Positions 27,187-36,907 of a DNA stretch of 41,058 bases are shown here, one piece after another. Positions within the stretch are counted from its first letter, which is position 1. Each line of letters starts with the position of its first letter. The notes beneath the pieces were generated by a model. The model saw nothing but the letters and a program-made list of their open reading frames with translations, had not been told where the DNA came from and made no database searches. Source of the DNA: a virus (taxonomy: Duplodnaviria > Caudoviricetes); the IMG/VR virus record IMGVR_UViG_3300020413_000989, positions 1-41,058 of that record; one strand, 5' to 3'. The position numbers and the translations under genes are program-made.

Positions 27187-27764
27187 TTATAATCCTTTGT
27201 AAAACTAAAATCTTTCTTAGAAAATGTAACTTTGTTATCCAAGTCAAAGTCCACATTACAAATGCCGTTGTTCAAACACCAATCTGCCGGCATCGCTCCA
27301 TTTTTGTCTATCCAACTAACAATTTTTTTTGCTCCGGCTGGTGTAATACCGTAGGCTCTTGCACCTTCCCACCATTGTCCAACATTCATAGGCTTTGATG
27401 GACGGAATCCTTCGAACTTTATAACATCTTTAAAATTTTTATCTATTGAAAAATGTTTTTTAAACAAAACATCATGTTCAAAAATACATATATTGTCTTT
27501 ACGCTCTGCACATTGTTTCCATAAATGGTATTGACTTAAAAAACAACCTTGTGTTCCTGGTCTAGACAATAAACGAGCACATTTTTTACTTCCTTGATAA
27601 ATTTTTACGCCAAAGTCATCAAGGCTTTGTTTAGTGCCATCTATACCTTCATACAGTTCAAGATTCCAACCTAATGTAGTACCTGATGCCAATGCTTCAT
27701 TGGCCCATTGCACCGAATATTCATGATTTTTTACGTAAATGATGTATCCTTTAGGATTTTCCAT
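27183..27764 (-). CDS. Glycosyltransferase family 25-like
   Basis: GCFLSQYHLW, IFEHDV, GARAYGITPAGAKK and PAD. Confidence 0.8.
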   Translation of the reverse strand: MENPKGYIIYVKNHEYSVQWANEALASGTTLGWNLELYEGIDGTKQSLDDFGVKIYQGSKKCARLLSRPGTQGCFLSQYHLWKQCAERKDNICIFEHDVLFKKHFSIDKNFKDVIKFEGFRPSKPMNVGQWWEGARAYGITPAGAKKIVSWIDKNGAMPADWCLNNGICNVDFDLDNKVTFSKKDFSFTKDYK

Positions 27765-28599
27765 AATTTTTATTCCGTTCTTTATGATATCTTAATTTTT
27801 CTTTGTCAGTGAACCAGGTGTACTTTAAATTTTTGTATCTGTGTCCATATTTCTTTTTTCCTTTTGCTGTACTGAACACTTCGCCCCCAGATTTAAGTCC
27901 CCAACTGTTCCAATGATAAGGAATTGACTCAAAATTTCTTGTATCTAAAATATCTTTTAATACGTGTTGGTCTATAAACCAATATATAGGTTTTTTAAAT
28001 GCATCTATCATTTTATTTGACAGTTCAGTTTTAAATTCACTACCTGCTGAACCTATTCCTGGAGAAATACAACTAGCAATGTAAACTGATGGGTCTTTTG
28101 GCTTCCTCATAGCACAAGGTTGGCGTGTAATTCTTTTAAAGTCATGTATCGCGAAAGTATTACGGCAAATTCCGTCTGCGTCTATTTGTAACACGTGTTG
28201 ATAGTGATCAAACAGTTTATTCATTAGCATAAATCTTGCACTTGACAGATAAATTTTTCTTTTTAAGTCGTAATCGTTTTTTGTTTGACAAATTTCAGGA
28301 CCTCTAGCAAAAACAGGATGTTGTTTGTTCAATTCAAACTGATCATAAAAATCTTTCGGGTGTCTTTCAAATGTATATGTAATACTTGGATTTTTTATTA
28401 AATGTTTCATGGAATGTTCTTGGCCTTCTTCATAAATCATGTGTACGTGAATATGACTTTGTTTGCCATTGTAATATAATGTGCTTCTTGCTAGATATTG
28501 CCCGTGCTCTGCCCAGTATTGTGGGTCACAACTATAATAAATTATGCATTGTTTGTTTTCAGGTTTGTCACCTTGTATTATTTGTTTGTCGAATATCAT
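27751..28599 (-). CDS. GT-A glycosyltransferase-like protein
   Basis: ARF, QIDADGI, WFIDQHVL and TAKGKKK. Confidence 0.6.
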   Translation of the reverse strand: MIFDKQIIQGDKPENKQCIIYYSCDPQYWAEHGQYLARSTLYYNGKQSHIHVHMIYEEGQEHSMKHLIKNPSITYTFERHPKDFYDQFELNKQHPVFARGPEICQTKNDYDLKRKIYLSSARFMLMNKLFDHYQHVLQIDADGICRNTFAIHDFKRITRQPCAMRKPKDPSVYIASCISPGIGSAGSEFKTELSNKMIDAFKKPIYWFIDQHVLKDILDTRNFESIPYHWNSWGLKSGGEVFSTAKGKKKYGHRYKNLKYTWFTDKEKLRYHKERNKNYGKS

Positions 28600-29327
28600 T
28601 AGTAATATTTCAATTGGTCTTTCTTATATTTTTTTGGTCTACAAAAACTATTTGCACTTCTTCCTTTTCTATTGACCCAGTATTTTTCATTGATTCTAAA
28701 ATAACTGGTATCTGTGTATTTCAAGTTTACAGCAACTGAATTTAGTGCAACATCCGGACTTAATGCTCCCTTGGCCCACACATAATCAATCATTTTATTT
28801 GCACCTATTGGTGTTATTATGTAACTGTGACTGCCTTTTATACTTGTTTTGTTAAGTAATTCTGTGCCAGACAAATCCGGAACTCTGTCACAATGATTAT
28901 GTATTCCTTCACCTCGATTACTTAAACAATGTGCATTGTAATCTGCAACAAGCCTGCTATATCTATCAAGATGTAATACATCTTCAAATTTACTTAAAAA
29001 ATATTCTGGTATATCACGAAGTTGCACGGCATCGTGTTCTAGTATTAAAAATGGTTCATTTTGTTCTCTACATAATTTCCATAACCGCAAATGAGATAGT
29101 AGACATCCAATCAATCCTTGATTTAATGTTTTAAATTTTTGCCCAATCTTGAATCGCTTTAAATCATGTTCTTTCCAATGTGTGTCTACACTATCTCCGT
29201 AAGTTGCAGGAAATTTTTGACCTTGTTCACCAAATTTACCGAGTGATTCTAAAGTATCTTGTGCTATTGCTTCACTGAATGGTTCGCCCATCATGGTTAT
29301 GACGTATGTTGGAATCTTTAAAGACAT
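28599..29327 (-). CDS. Glycosyltransferase family 25-like
   Basis: GCLLSHLRLW, ILEHDA and GSHSYIITPIGA. Start re-assigned to ATG 29327 (MSLKIPTY), 8 nt after ATAAATA. Confidence 0.82.
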   Translation of the reverse strand: MSLKIPTYVITMMGEPFSEAIAQDTLESLGKFGEQGQKFPATYGDSVDTHWKEHDLKRFKIGQKFKTLNQGLIGCLLSHLRLWKLCREQNEPFLILEHDAVQLRDIPEYFLSKFEDVLHLDRYSRLVADYNAHCLSNRGEGIHNHCDRVPDLSGTELLNKTSIKGSHSYIITPIGANKMIDYVWAKGALSPDVALNSVAVNLKYTDTSYFRINEKYWVNRKGRSANSFCRPKKYKKDQLKYY

Positions 29328-29364
29328 ATTTTGAATATTTATTGGAAAGTATTTTTGGTGTGCT

Positions 29365-29823
29365 TTATATAGAAGCGTCTTCCATTCCAGCAACTCTCAG
29401 TTTGACAATGTTTGTGATTTGCCATTGTTTTTGGTCTAGTCCTTTTGTAATTCCTAGCCATTTATTTCTTAACAATGCAAATTCGTTGATTATTTTTTCA
29501 TAATCAACTACATCATCTTCACCGTCAACATATTTTTCAACGTCTCTGCTGGATAGTGCTCTTTGGTAATTTTCTAAATACTTTTTGAAATGTTTTGAAC
29601 GTAGTCTACGTAATTCTATGTTCATGTATTGCAATATTGCTTCAATTTCTTGCAGTTGGTTGAATCTTTGTTCTACAATACCAGGCATATTTGCTGATGC
29701 TTTCTCAACATTGCCTTTTATTTTTATTTCGTAACGTGCTTGTTGTAACTCGTCTTCATAATGTTTAATAGCATCAGGAATAGCACTGATGTCTTTGGCT
29801 ATTTTTTGATACCATCCTGACAT
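29365..29823 (-). CDS. uvsY: Recombination mediator protein (UvsY-like)
   Basis: Helical ~150-aa protein downstream of UvsX, with YLENYQRALSSRDVEKYVDGE and the KGLDQKQWQITNIVKLR.AG C-terminus typical of UvsY. Confidence 0.7.
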   Translation of the reverse strand: MSGWYQKIAKDISAIPDAIKHYEDELQQARYEIKIKGNVEKASANMPGIVEQRFNQLQEIEAILQYMNIELRRLRSKHFKKYLENYQRALSSRDVEKYVDGEDDVVDYEKIINEFALLRNKWLGITKGLDQKQWQITNIVKLRVAGMEDASI

Positions 29824-30044
29824 TAATAGTCCTCTTCTTCGGAGTTTCCAATTTCTAAACAGTATGTAATTGCTTTGTCTAAATCATCGTCGGCACCCAG
29901 AGCATCTTTTAAATCATCATCTTCTGCTCCGTGATCCACTAATAAGTCTACAAATTTTTCTGCAATAACTTCCATTGGTTGTTTTTTATCTATGTACTCT
30001 TTAAAAAATGTCCATAGTTCCACAACTTGACTTCCAGATAACAT
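29823..30044 (-). CDS. Small acidic hypothetical protein
   Basis: Translationally coupled between UvsX and UvsY. Confidence 0.7.
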   Translation of the reverse strand: MLSGSQVVELWTFFKEYIDKKQPMEVIAEKFVDLLVDHGAEDDDLKDALGADDDLDKAITYCLEIGNSEEEDY

Positions 30045-30045
30045 C

Positions 30046-31101
30046 TTATTCCTCTTCTTTTACAGTTTCTTTATCTTCTTCGGGTACTAAATTAGTAAAA
30101 TCTTTCATTATATTATCTAATAGTTCTCCACCTGATTCCCAAACTCTTCTATATTCTTTAACTTCTGTTCCTTTGGAATCAACATATTTAAGTCTGTTAC
30201 CGTCTTTAGTTAAGATGCCTTTTTTCTCAAACAAATCTACAAGTCCTGAGTAAGGGTTCATTCCAGTTTCATATGGAATCTTAACTTGTACACCTTCAAA
30301 AGGTTTTGCATATCTTGTTTTCATTACTTTACAAGCCGCTCTTATACCTTTTACATCAGTTGTTTTGTTTCCTTCTTCATCTTCTTTTAATTTTAATTTA
30401 CGCATTGCAACCACAATTGAACTTGCATAGATAAAACCTTGACCACCTGATATTTTATCATCTGGATCAAACATATCTTGTGATGCATATGTGTGATTTG
30501 TAGCAACAAGTCCTACATTGTGACTACCAAACATATTAACTGTGTTTCTAACAAGTGCCGTAAGTGCCTTGGGTTTTCTACCCATGTCACCTTTCATATC
30601 ACCTTTTGTAAACTGATCAACGTCTGTTGGAGTTAATAACATACCTAAAGAATCAATAACAAATAATACTTTTGGTCTTTCTTCTTCTGCCATTGCCTTA
30701 TAGTCTTGCATGAAAGTTGATACTGTTTTCGCAACATCATCTATCATAGACATATTAAGTTTTAATAATTTTTTCTCATCTGTATCAACATCTAATGCTG
30801 TTAACCATTGTTCGTCTAATGCGTTTTCAGAATCGATTAGTACAACAAATATACCTTGATCCTGTGCGGCTTTTACAATGTTACCTGCACAGATATAAGA
30901 TTTACCTGAACCGGACTCGCCTGCGAACACAGTGACTTTTCCTAATGGAATACCTTTGTTAAAATCTCCACTTACTAGATAGTTAAGTGCGTAATTTCCT
31001 GTTGAAATCCAATCAGTTGGATCATGAAATCCTGAACTCATACCTGTAATGGATTTTGTTAAACTTTTTCTAAATTTGCTTACGTCGAATGCCTTTACCA
31101 T
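30046..31101 (-). CDS. uvsX: RecA-like recombinase (UvsX)
   Basis: STGNYALN, GESGSGKS, IDSENA, VIDSLG, NHTY, SGG.G and KTRY.KP. Confidence 0.95.
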   Translation of the reverse strand: MVKAFDVSKFRKSLTKSITGMSSGFHDPTDWISTGNYALNYLVSGDFNKGIPLGKVTVFAGESGSGKSYICAGNIVKAAQDQGIFVVLIDSENALDEQWLTALDVDTDEKKLLKLNMSMIDDVAKTVSTFMQDYKAMAEEERPKVLFVIDSLGMLLTPTDVDQFTKGDMKGDMGRKPKALTALVRNTVNMFGSHNVGLVATNHTYASQDMFDPDDKISGGQGFIYASSIVVAMRKLKLKEDEEGNKTTDVKGIRAACKVMKTRYAKPFEGVQVKIPYETGMNPYSGLVDLFEKKGILTKDGNRLKYVDSKGTEVKEYRRVWESGGELLDNIMKDFTNLVPEEDKETVKEEE

Positions 31102-31122
31102 AATATTTTCCCTTTAAGTTAC

Positions 31123-31142
31123 GTGGGGAGTTGCCTCCCCAC
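31123..31142 (-). terminator. Strong hairpin between SSB and UvsX (attenuating terminator or mRNA stabiliser)
   Basis: GTGGGGAG-GCAA-CTCCCCAC: an 8-bp stem with a GNRA loop and no clear U-tract. Confidence 0.6.
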
Positions 31143-31153
31143 AGTATACTTCT

Positions 31154-32119
31154 TTATTTTTGTTGTCTTGCTCTTATCATTGCCAAGATGTCCTCTGCTT
31201 TACTACCTGATTTATTATCATCTGTAGCAGGCTTTGGTGCTTCTTGAGTTTTAGTTTCAGCAACTGGTTCCGCTTTTACTGCCGGAGCAGGTGTTTCTGC
31301 TTTTGGAGTAACTGGATCTCCTGTTCTTGAACTAGCACCTGCCGGTCTAAAATATGAACCAAACTTTTCTTGATCATATGCTTCACCGTCAACTGATGCC
31401 TCAAACATCTCTTTCATTACCTTAACATCTACTTCAGAAGGTTTTTTAGGAAGGAAACCATTTAAGTCGAATAGACCGTTGGATTCAATCGCTTTATTTT
31501 CTTCTTCAGTTAAAGGTCTTGATTTTCTTGACCATGTTGATGTTGAATAATCAGCATAACCACCTTTTGATGTTTTGATTATTCTGAAGTCAACACCGTT
31601 TGTTGAGTCTGTTGGAAGATCTTCCATATCTGGATCCATCAATGCTCCTTTAATTATTTGGAATATTTGTGGACCAATTATGAATCTTCTTACTGGATTC
31701 TCTGGAGTGTTTTCTTCGTTTAGTGGATCATCTTTCACAAAACCTTGGAAGATATAACTTCTTTTCTTCCAATATTTTCTTCCCATGTCCTCTAATTTAG
31801 GATCCTTGAACCAACCTCTTACTTCAGAAAGTATTGGACAAGTTTCACCATACATTTCCATACATGGTACTTGTACTGTCGTTGGTCTTGAATCAGTATC
31901 ACCTTTTACTCCTGCGAAAGGAAGTTTGATCATCAATCTCTCTTTCCAGAAAAAAGTGTTTTCTTTATCGCCATCTGGCAAGAAACGAACAGTTGCCTGT
32001 TCTCCTTCTTTTAGATTCCAAAATGGGTAAATGGCGTTGTCTCCGCCTGTTCTTGAAGAGCCACCTGACTTTGTTTCTTGTTCTTTCAGTTTCGCTCTTA
32101 TCTCTTGTAGTGTTGCCAT
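31154..32119 (-). CDS. Single-stranded DNA-binding protein (T4 gp32-like)
   Basis: VRFLPD, CPI, YWKKRSY, G.DF.I.KT.KGGYADYSTS and a Pro/Ala linker; strong AGGAGG RBS. Confidence 0.9.
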   Translation of the reverse strand: MATLQEIRAKLKEQETKSGGSSRTGGDNAIYPFWNLKEGEQATVRFLPDGDKENTFFWKERLMIKLPFAGVKGDTDSRPTTVQVPCMEMYGETCPILSEVRGWFKDPKLEDMGRKYWKKRSYIFQGFVKDDPLNEENTPENPVRRFIIGPQIFQIIKGALMDPDMEDLPTDSTNGVDFRIIKTSKGGYADYSTSTWSRKSRPLTEEENKAIESNGLFDLNGFLPKKPSEVDVKVMKEMFEASVDGEAYDQEKFGSYFRPAGASSRTGDPVTPKAETPAPAVKAEPVAETKTQEAPKPATDDNKSGSKAEDILAMIRARQQK

Positions 32120-32169
32120 AATGTTTAGCCTCCTATATTGCCTGTTATTATTATGTGCCTGTTTATATT

Positions 32170-32226
32170 AGTATAGCACAAGACAAACATATTGTCAAAT
32201 ATATACTAATATTACTATTTAGTCAA
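32170..32226 (-). promoter_or_regulatory. Stacked promoters for SSB
   Basis: TTGACA(32198-32193)-17-TATACT, TTGACT(32226-32221)-17-TATATT and TAAATA (32216-32221). Confidence 0.8.
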
Positions 32227-32242
32227 TCGGAAATGGTAAAGT

Positions 32243-34429
32243 TTATTGCTGGACGCCTGCCAATTTTTTAATTCTGCTCATTTTAGGATCTTTGTCAGCC
32301 ATCAATCTAGCAATGGCTTCCTGTGCTGTTTTGATTTGAGCGTCACCATATTTCTTTTCTACTGCTGTGATAACTGCTGTTTCACCTTTTGGAAATTGGT
32401 TGTTTGTATAGTCATAGAAACTTTTTACAAACTCTTGTACATCTTCTTCAGATGCATTTGGTGTTTCTGGTTTTGGTTCTTCGTCTTTTTCAAATTTGCT
32501 TCTTAAATGATCAAGATGTGCTTGGAAGTCATCTGATTTTAAATATTCACCAAAACTTCCATATTGTTCTTTTTCTTCTTTAGACATATTATTCCATTGA
32601 TCAAGTGCTATCTCTTTTGACTCATCGCCATACTGTGCATTGCCTTCTGGATCTACCATTGCTTCTTTTTCTTTTGAACCGTATCTTAATTTGTCAAAAT
32701 TCTTTTTCAAATATGCCATTGCCGCTTTGGCATCACCAAATTTTTCTACTGACTCACCGTCTTTGCCCAATACATCAAACACCATCTTGCCATCGTCACC
32801 TTTGTACATTGAAACATAAGGTTTAATATCTTCGAATGTAATCGCTTCGTCCTCTTCTTCTTTAGGCTCATTGTTCATGTCACCTGTGTCTAATTTTGTT
32901 GCTACTTGAGGATCTCTTTTCATCACATAATCCATAATCATTGGACGTAAACAAGCATCGCTGTTTTCTTTACTTGCATTTCTAATAGAATCATTAAATT
33001 CTTCATCATCAATTATACCTGCTAGACTTTCAATACCGTTCGTTCCGTTAACACCTACAGGAAAATGTTTAGCCATTAATGCATTTAATCTTTTAATTGC
33101 TTGATCTTTTTCTTCTGGATTATTTGAAAATAATTCATTGTCATCTGAAATGATAGATTCCATTGCATCTTCGAATTCATTAAATGAATCTGATGTGTTC
33201 AAAGTTTCTATCATGCCACCTAAAACTTTTTCTACTGCATCTCTTGGAGCATCTGTGTGAATCACAATTCCTTGATAACGCATTTCGTTTGGTTGTACAT
33301 CTGCTTCTATGCCTGCTTTGTTTAACAGTTCTTTTACATCCATTGCATCTTTATCTGTTACTGCTTTTTCAGGTTCATAGTCTCCTGCTAAATCATATTC
33401 ATATTTTCTAGGTTCAGTTCCACCTTGATAGCCATGTGCTTCAAAAGATTCTGGGTCTAGTGATTGTACAGCAGTTTTTTCTGAAATTAATTTGTAGATG
33501 TATGGAAATACATCTTGTAATTCTTCTTTGAATGTTTTGATTGTTAATTCGTCTATCCAATTCTTTTTGATATCTTCTGGAACTTCTTCTAATGTTGACT
33601 CTTGGAAATTTTCAAATGTTTCTTTGTAAGCAGTTGCTCTTTGTAATTTTTGACATTCAGTTTTGATTGTTTCAATTCTTTCATCCACAATTGATTGATA
33701 TTCTTTTAAACCTTCTGCCATTACATTGGATCTGTTCATATAAGTTTTGAATGATCTTAATTTGCTTAATTCTTCTGATAAACCAACTATGTGTTTGCCA
33801 AATGAATCAAATGGATTTCCACCTTCCGACACGTGACGTGCCATCGCTCTTGCACCATTTAAATGTTTAATTGGATATTTGAATCTTTCGCCTGCACTTG
33901 ATTCAATAAAGATAGATTCTATTTTGTGAGATCTGCCACCTGCAACTGTTTGGTCTACTGGTGCTGAATGCTTAATAACTAAACGTGCTTCACCTACAGA
34001 TTGAAAACTTGTTTTTGTTGTTCCGTATAAATTTGATTCACTCACCTGTGCTACCTCTTTTTCTTGTCCTAAAAATTCGTAATCTCTTTTTTCAAGATTG
34101 CTTTTTGTAATATCTCTAGTATCAAACCCAAGCACTCTTGCTTTTGCAAATTGGCCCATTTCTTTTAAAAAACTGTACCAATCATTTTTTACTGCCTCGT
34201 CTGTGCCTTCTGTGAAGTCTTTGTTATGCAATATTACAAGACCTTCATCTTCACTTATACTAATACTTACCTTTCCAAGCGTGTTTCCACCACTGTTAAA
34301 ATCGAAGTCAAAAAACCTTGCATCCTCGGGTTTTTTAGTAATTGTGCCCTGAGAATCACCTAACTGTACCGAAGGAAATTGTCCTCTGATCTTATTAAAA
34401 AGGTCTTTTGCTATAATACTAAGGTTCAT
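32243..34429 (-). CDS. Large acidic virion/head-associated protein
   Basis: Adjacent to the terminase, with a late-type promoter 6 nt upstream. Glu-rich and modular, ending in RIKKLAG. Confidence 0.6.
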   Translation of the reverse strand: MNLSIIAKDLFNKIRGQFPSVQLGDSQGTITKKPEDARFFDFDFNSGGNTLGKVSISISEDEGLVILHNKDFTEGTDEAVKNDWYSFLKEMGQFAKARVLGFDTRDITKSNLEKRDYEFLGQEKEVAQVSESNLYGTTKTSFQSVGEARLVIKHSAPVDQTVAGGRSHKIESIFIESSAGERFKYPIKHLNGARAMARHVSEGGNPFDSFGKHIVGLSEELSKLRSFKTYMNRSNVMAEGLKEYQSIVDERIETIKTECQKLQRATAYKETFENFQESTLEEVPEDIKKNWIDELTIKTFKEELQDVFPYIYKLISEKTAVQSLDPESFEAHGYQGGTEPRKYEYDLAGDYEPEKAVTDKDAMDVKELLNKAGIEADVQPNEMRYQGIVIHTDAPRDAVEKVLGGMIETLNTSDSFNEFEDAMESIISDDNELFSNNPEEKDQAIKRLNALMAKHFPVGVNGTNGIESLAGIIDDEEFNDSIRNASKENSDACLRPMIMDYVMKRDPQVATKLDTGDMNNEPKEEEDEAITFEDIKPYVSMYKGDDGKMVFDVLGKDGESVEKFGDAKAAMAYLKKNFDKLRYGSKEKEAMVDPEGNAQYGDESKEIALDQWNNMSKEEKEQYGSFGEYLKSDDFQAHLDHLRSKFEKDEEPKPETPNASEEDVQEFVKSFYDYTNNQFPKGETAVITAVEKKYGDAQIKTAQEAIARLMADKDPKMSRIKKLAGVQQ

Positions 34430-34445
34430 ATAAGGTATTTATCTG

Positions 34446-36029
34446 TTAATGGCTCACAAAGATAGGCATTGGCATTACCTTGTCAGCAGTGTCTTCGTCT
34501 GCTTGACTGAATGATGTGTACACTTTAGGATCCCAATCCTTTAATACAGCAATTATACGCATTGCCAACAGCATAGCACTCACTAGATCATCATGTTCTC
34601 CTGATTTGGCTTTGTATGATGAACCTGATGCCACAAATGCTTTCAATTCACTTATGAGTGGTTTGCTGTATATTTTTAACTTGCCTTTTTCAATCATATT
34701 TTTGAGTCTTGAACAGGCACTAATTTTTGTTTTGTGTGTGGTGTTAAACCCTTTTCTAAACTTTCTAATGTGACCTTTTCTAATTGGTTCACTTACGAAC
34801 ATTCCTGGTATTTGGTCTTCACCAAAGTCGTTTATTACTAACAGTGCTGACTCTCCAATAGTGTTGTTCTCAACACTCCAATAAATGTTTGAACCTGAAC
34901 TTTTTGTTTCATCTTTTATGTGATTGCAAATATCTTTAAGTATTCTTACTTGCTGTGGGACAGGTGTTGTGTTATGTTTCCATTCAGCAACTTGTTCAAA
35001 TGTAGGCAATTCTAAAACTTCAATTGCGGCATTGTCACCACCAGTACCCATAGCAGGGTCTAAGGCAACCACATACGTTTTTTGTGGATCCATTTTTTTA
35101 TACCATCTAGTTTGTCCCATGTTAAGTTGCGGTTCGATACCTTCTAAAGTTGAAAGTACCATACTGTTTACTAATGTTTCGTCAAATACTAAAAACTCAC
35201 AACCATACTCACGTCTAAATCTTTCTTCGCCTATACGTCCAAGTTCTTGTTTCTTCCATTCTTCATCTCGATCAGGATGTTCGTCCCAAGCGGCAGTAAA
35301 ACCATGAAAGCCATTTATACCTAATTCTTGTTCATTACCATGTTCATCAAATTTGTTTTGACTTTCTCTCCATATTGTTGCAAATACATCTTCATCAGAG
35401 TTAGGTGTAGATGTAATAATTGCTCTACCACCTGTTGCAAGTGTAGGTGAAATCGAAGTCCAAAACTCCTGTGCTATTCCTGGATTAACAAACGCAAACT
35501 CATCACAGTATAGTAAAGATATCGACATACCTCTACCTGTATTTCCAGTTGTGGTTGCACTTACAATACGTGAGCCGTTTTCAAATTCCATTGATCCTTT
35601 GTTGTAGTTTACAACACCTGCTCGTACAAAGTCAGGACAAAGTTCATAACCGTATCTTATACGTTGCATAATTTCTTGTGCACCTGTGTATTTGTGTGCC
35701 GCAATTAATATAGTTTGATCAGGATGGAACATAGCAAACCATAATAGGTAACAAGCCGCAGTGGTTGTCTTACCACTTTGTCTAGGTAACATATTGATGT
35801 TGAATCTATGATTATGATAACTGTATAATAAATTTTTTTGATATTCAAATGCTTTGAATAACATTTTGCCTTCAACAGGGTGTTGAATAAAGAAAAACTT
35901 TCTTGCAAAGTATTCAAATCCTGTTTTAGGATCTGAACAAGAGGCAAGGTCCGCTATCTGCTCCTCTGTAAATCTTTCACGTTGGTGTGCTTTTTTAGTT
36001 AATACACCGTCTAAACTTTTATTACTCAT
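34446..36029 (-). CDS. Terminase large subunit (T4 gp17-like)
   Basis: PRQSGKTT, RGMS..LLYCDEFAF, ITSTPN, FRREYGCEF, ALDPAMG.GGD, ENNTIG and HDDLV. Confidence 0.97.
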   Translation of the reverse strand: MSNKSLDGVLTKKAHQRERFTEEQIADLASCSDPKTGFEYFARKFFFIQHPVEGKMLFKAFEYQKNLLYSYHNHRFNINMLPRQSGKTTTAACYLLWFAMFHPDQTILIAAHKYTGAQEIMQRIRYGYELCPDFVRAGVVNYNKGSMEFENGSRIVSATTTGNTGRGMSISLLYCDEFAFVNPGIAQEFWTSISPTLATGGRAIITSTPNSDEDVFATIWRESQNKFDEHGNEQELGINGFHGFTAAWDEHPDRDEEWKKQELGRIGEERFRREYGCEFLVFDETLVNSMVLSTLEGIEPQLNMGQTRWYKKMDPQKTYVVALDPAMGTGGDNAAIEVLELPTFEQVAEWKHNTTPVPQQVRILKDICNHIKDETKSSGSNIYWSVENNTIGESALLVINDFGEDQIPGMFVSEPIRKGHIRKFRKGFNTTHKTKISACSRLKNMIEKGKLKIYSKPLISELKAFVASGSSYKAKSGEHDDLVSAMLLAMRIIAVLKDWDPKVYTSFSQADEDTADKVMPMPIFVSH

Positions 36030-36050
36030 ATATTGTACTTATCTTGCTTT

Positions 36051-36692
36051 TTAAAGCATTTCAAAAATTTCTTTATCTACGACAGCATTGAAAGAGATCG
36101 ATCTTCTTTCTTCAGAGGTATCCTTAAATGGATATACAGTGTGCATCAAATAGTGTGGAAAAAAATAAAAATCTCCTACTTCAGGTTTAATTGAAAACAC
36201 TGATTCAGACAAAAAGGACTTTTGACCATGAACTAAATTTAATGTTCCTCCAAAATAATCTTTTTCTTCCTTTTCTTTTCCTTGCACGTGAGTACCTAAG
36301 GATGTTGGTACTTTTAAAAAACCTGCTCCTGATATGTGTCCTGTGTGATAATGTATTGGATTGTATTCATTTTTAAATTGTCTAACAATCCATGAGTCCA
36401 TGATAGAAAAATTTTTTATTTTATTTCCAGTCACATTTTGTATCCAATTTGATGTACAATTTCCAAGAAATCCAAGCCAACCTACCTGTTTCATAAAATC
36501 TTCTTCTAGTTTAAATTCCTGTGTAACGTCACCTATAAGTTGGTTGCCATAATCTAATTGATTTGCTTTTGTTTTATCTGCAATAGTATTGTCTACATAT
36601 TGATTAAGATCATCAACAATTTGTTTTGGTATTTTGACTTTCAATATTGATGGCCCAAACGGCTTGATTATTTCTGCATTTACTTCAGTCAT
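36051..36692 (-). CDS. Putative 2OG-Fe(II) oxygenase
   Basis: SWIVRQ...YNPIHYH.G.ISG, FFPHYLMHTVYPF and RRSISFN. Confidence 0.85.
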   Translation of the reverse strand: MTEVNAEIIKPFGPSILKVKIPKQIVDDLNQYVDNTIADKTKANQLDYGNQLIGDVTQEFKLEEDFMKQVGWLGFLGNCTSNWIQNVTGNKIKNFSIMDSWIVRQFKNEYNPIHYHTGHISGAGFLKVPTSLGTHVQGKEKEEKDYFGGTLNLVHGQKSFLSESVFSIKPEVGDFYFFPHYLMHTVYPFKDTSEERRSISFNAVVDKEIFEML

Positions 36693-36736
36693 ATAATGTA
36701 CTTATAGGGTAAAAGGGGGGTGTAAATTATTTGTGA

Positions 36737-36907
36737 TTAAGCGTTCTTCTTTGCCATTTTATTAATGGTACCATACATTACAGCATCGGCGTCTTTGCCA
36801 TAACGTTTCTTAAAGTCTTTTTTCAGACCTTTTTTGTCAAACTTTTTCTTGTAGAAGTCTGCTTTTTTCTTTTCTGGTTTGGTAAGTTTACGTTCTAGTC
36901 TTTTTTT
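36737..36907 (-). CDS. Start-less 56-codon ORF; probable -1 frameshift extension of the upstream protein
   Basis: KKRLERKLTKPEKKKADFYKKKFDKKGLKKDFKKRYGKDADAVMYGTINKMAKKNA*. It is bounded upstream by TAA and overlaps an A9 run. Confidence 0.65.
   Translation of the reverse strand, partial: KKRLERKLTKPEKKKADFYKKKFDKKGLKKDFKKRYGKDADAVMYGTINKMAKKNA

Noticed and set aside
34446-36029. Intein or intron in the terminase (also considered for the helicases and UvsX)
   Set aside because: Lengths are typical and the motifs are contiguous.
36706-36722. G-rich run (AGGGTAAAAGGGGGGTG) as terminator or G-quadruplex
   Set aside because: No complementary arm for a stem and too few G-tracts.
36825-36897. 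TAG readthrough or alternative genetic code at the end of the 37338 gene
   Set aside because: The zero frame stops again after a short unremarkable stretch, and TAA, TAG and TGA all act as normal stops elsewhere in the window.
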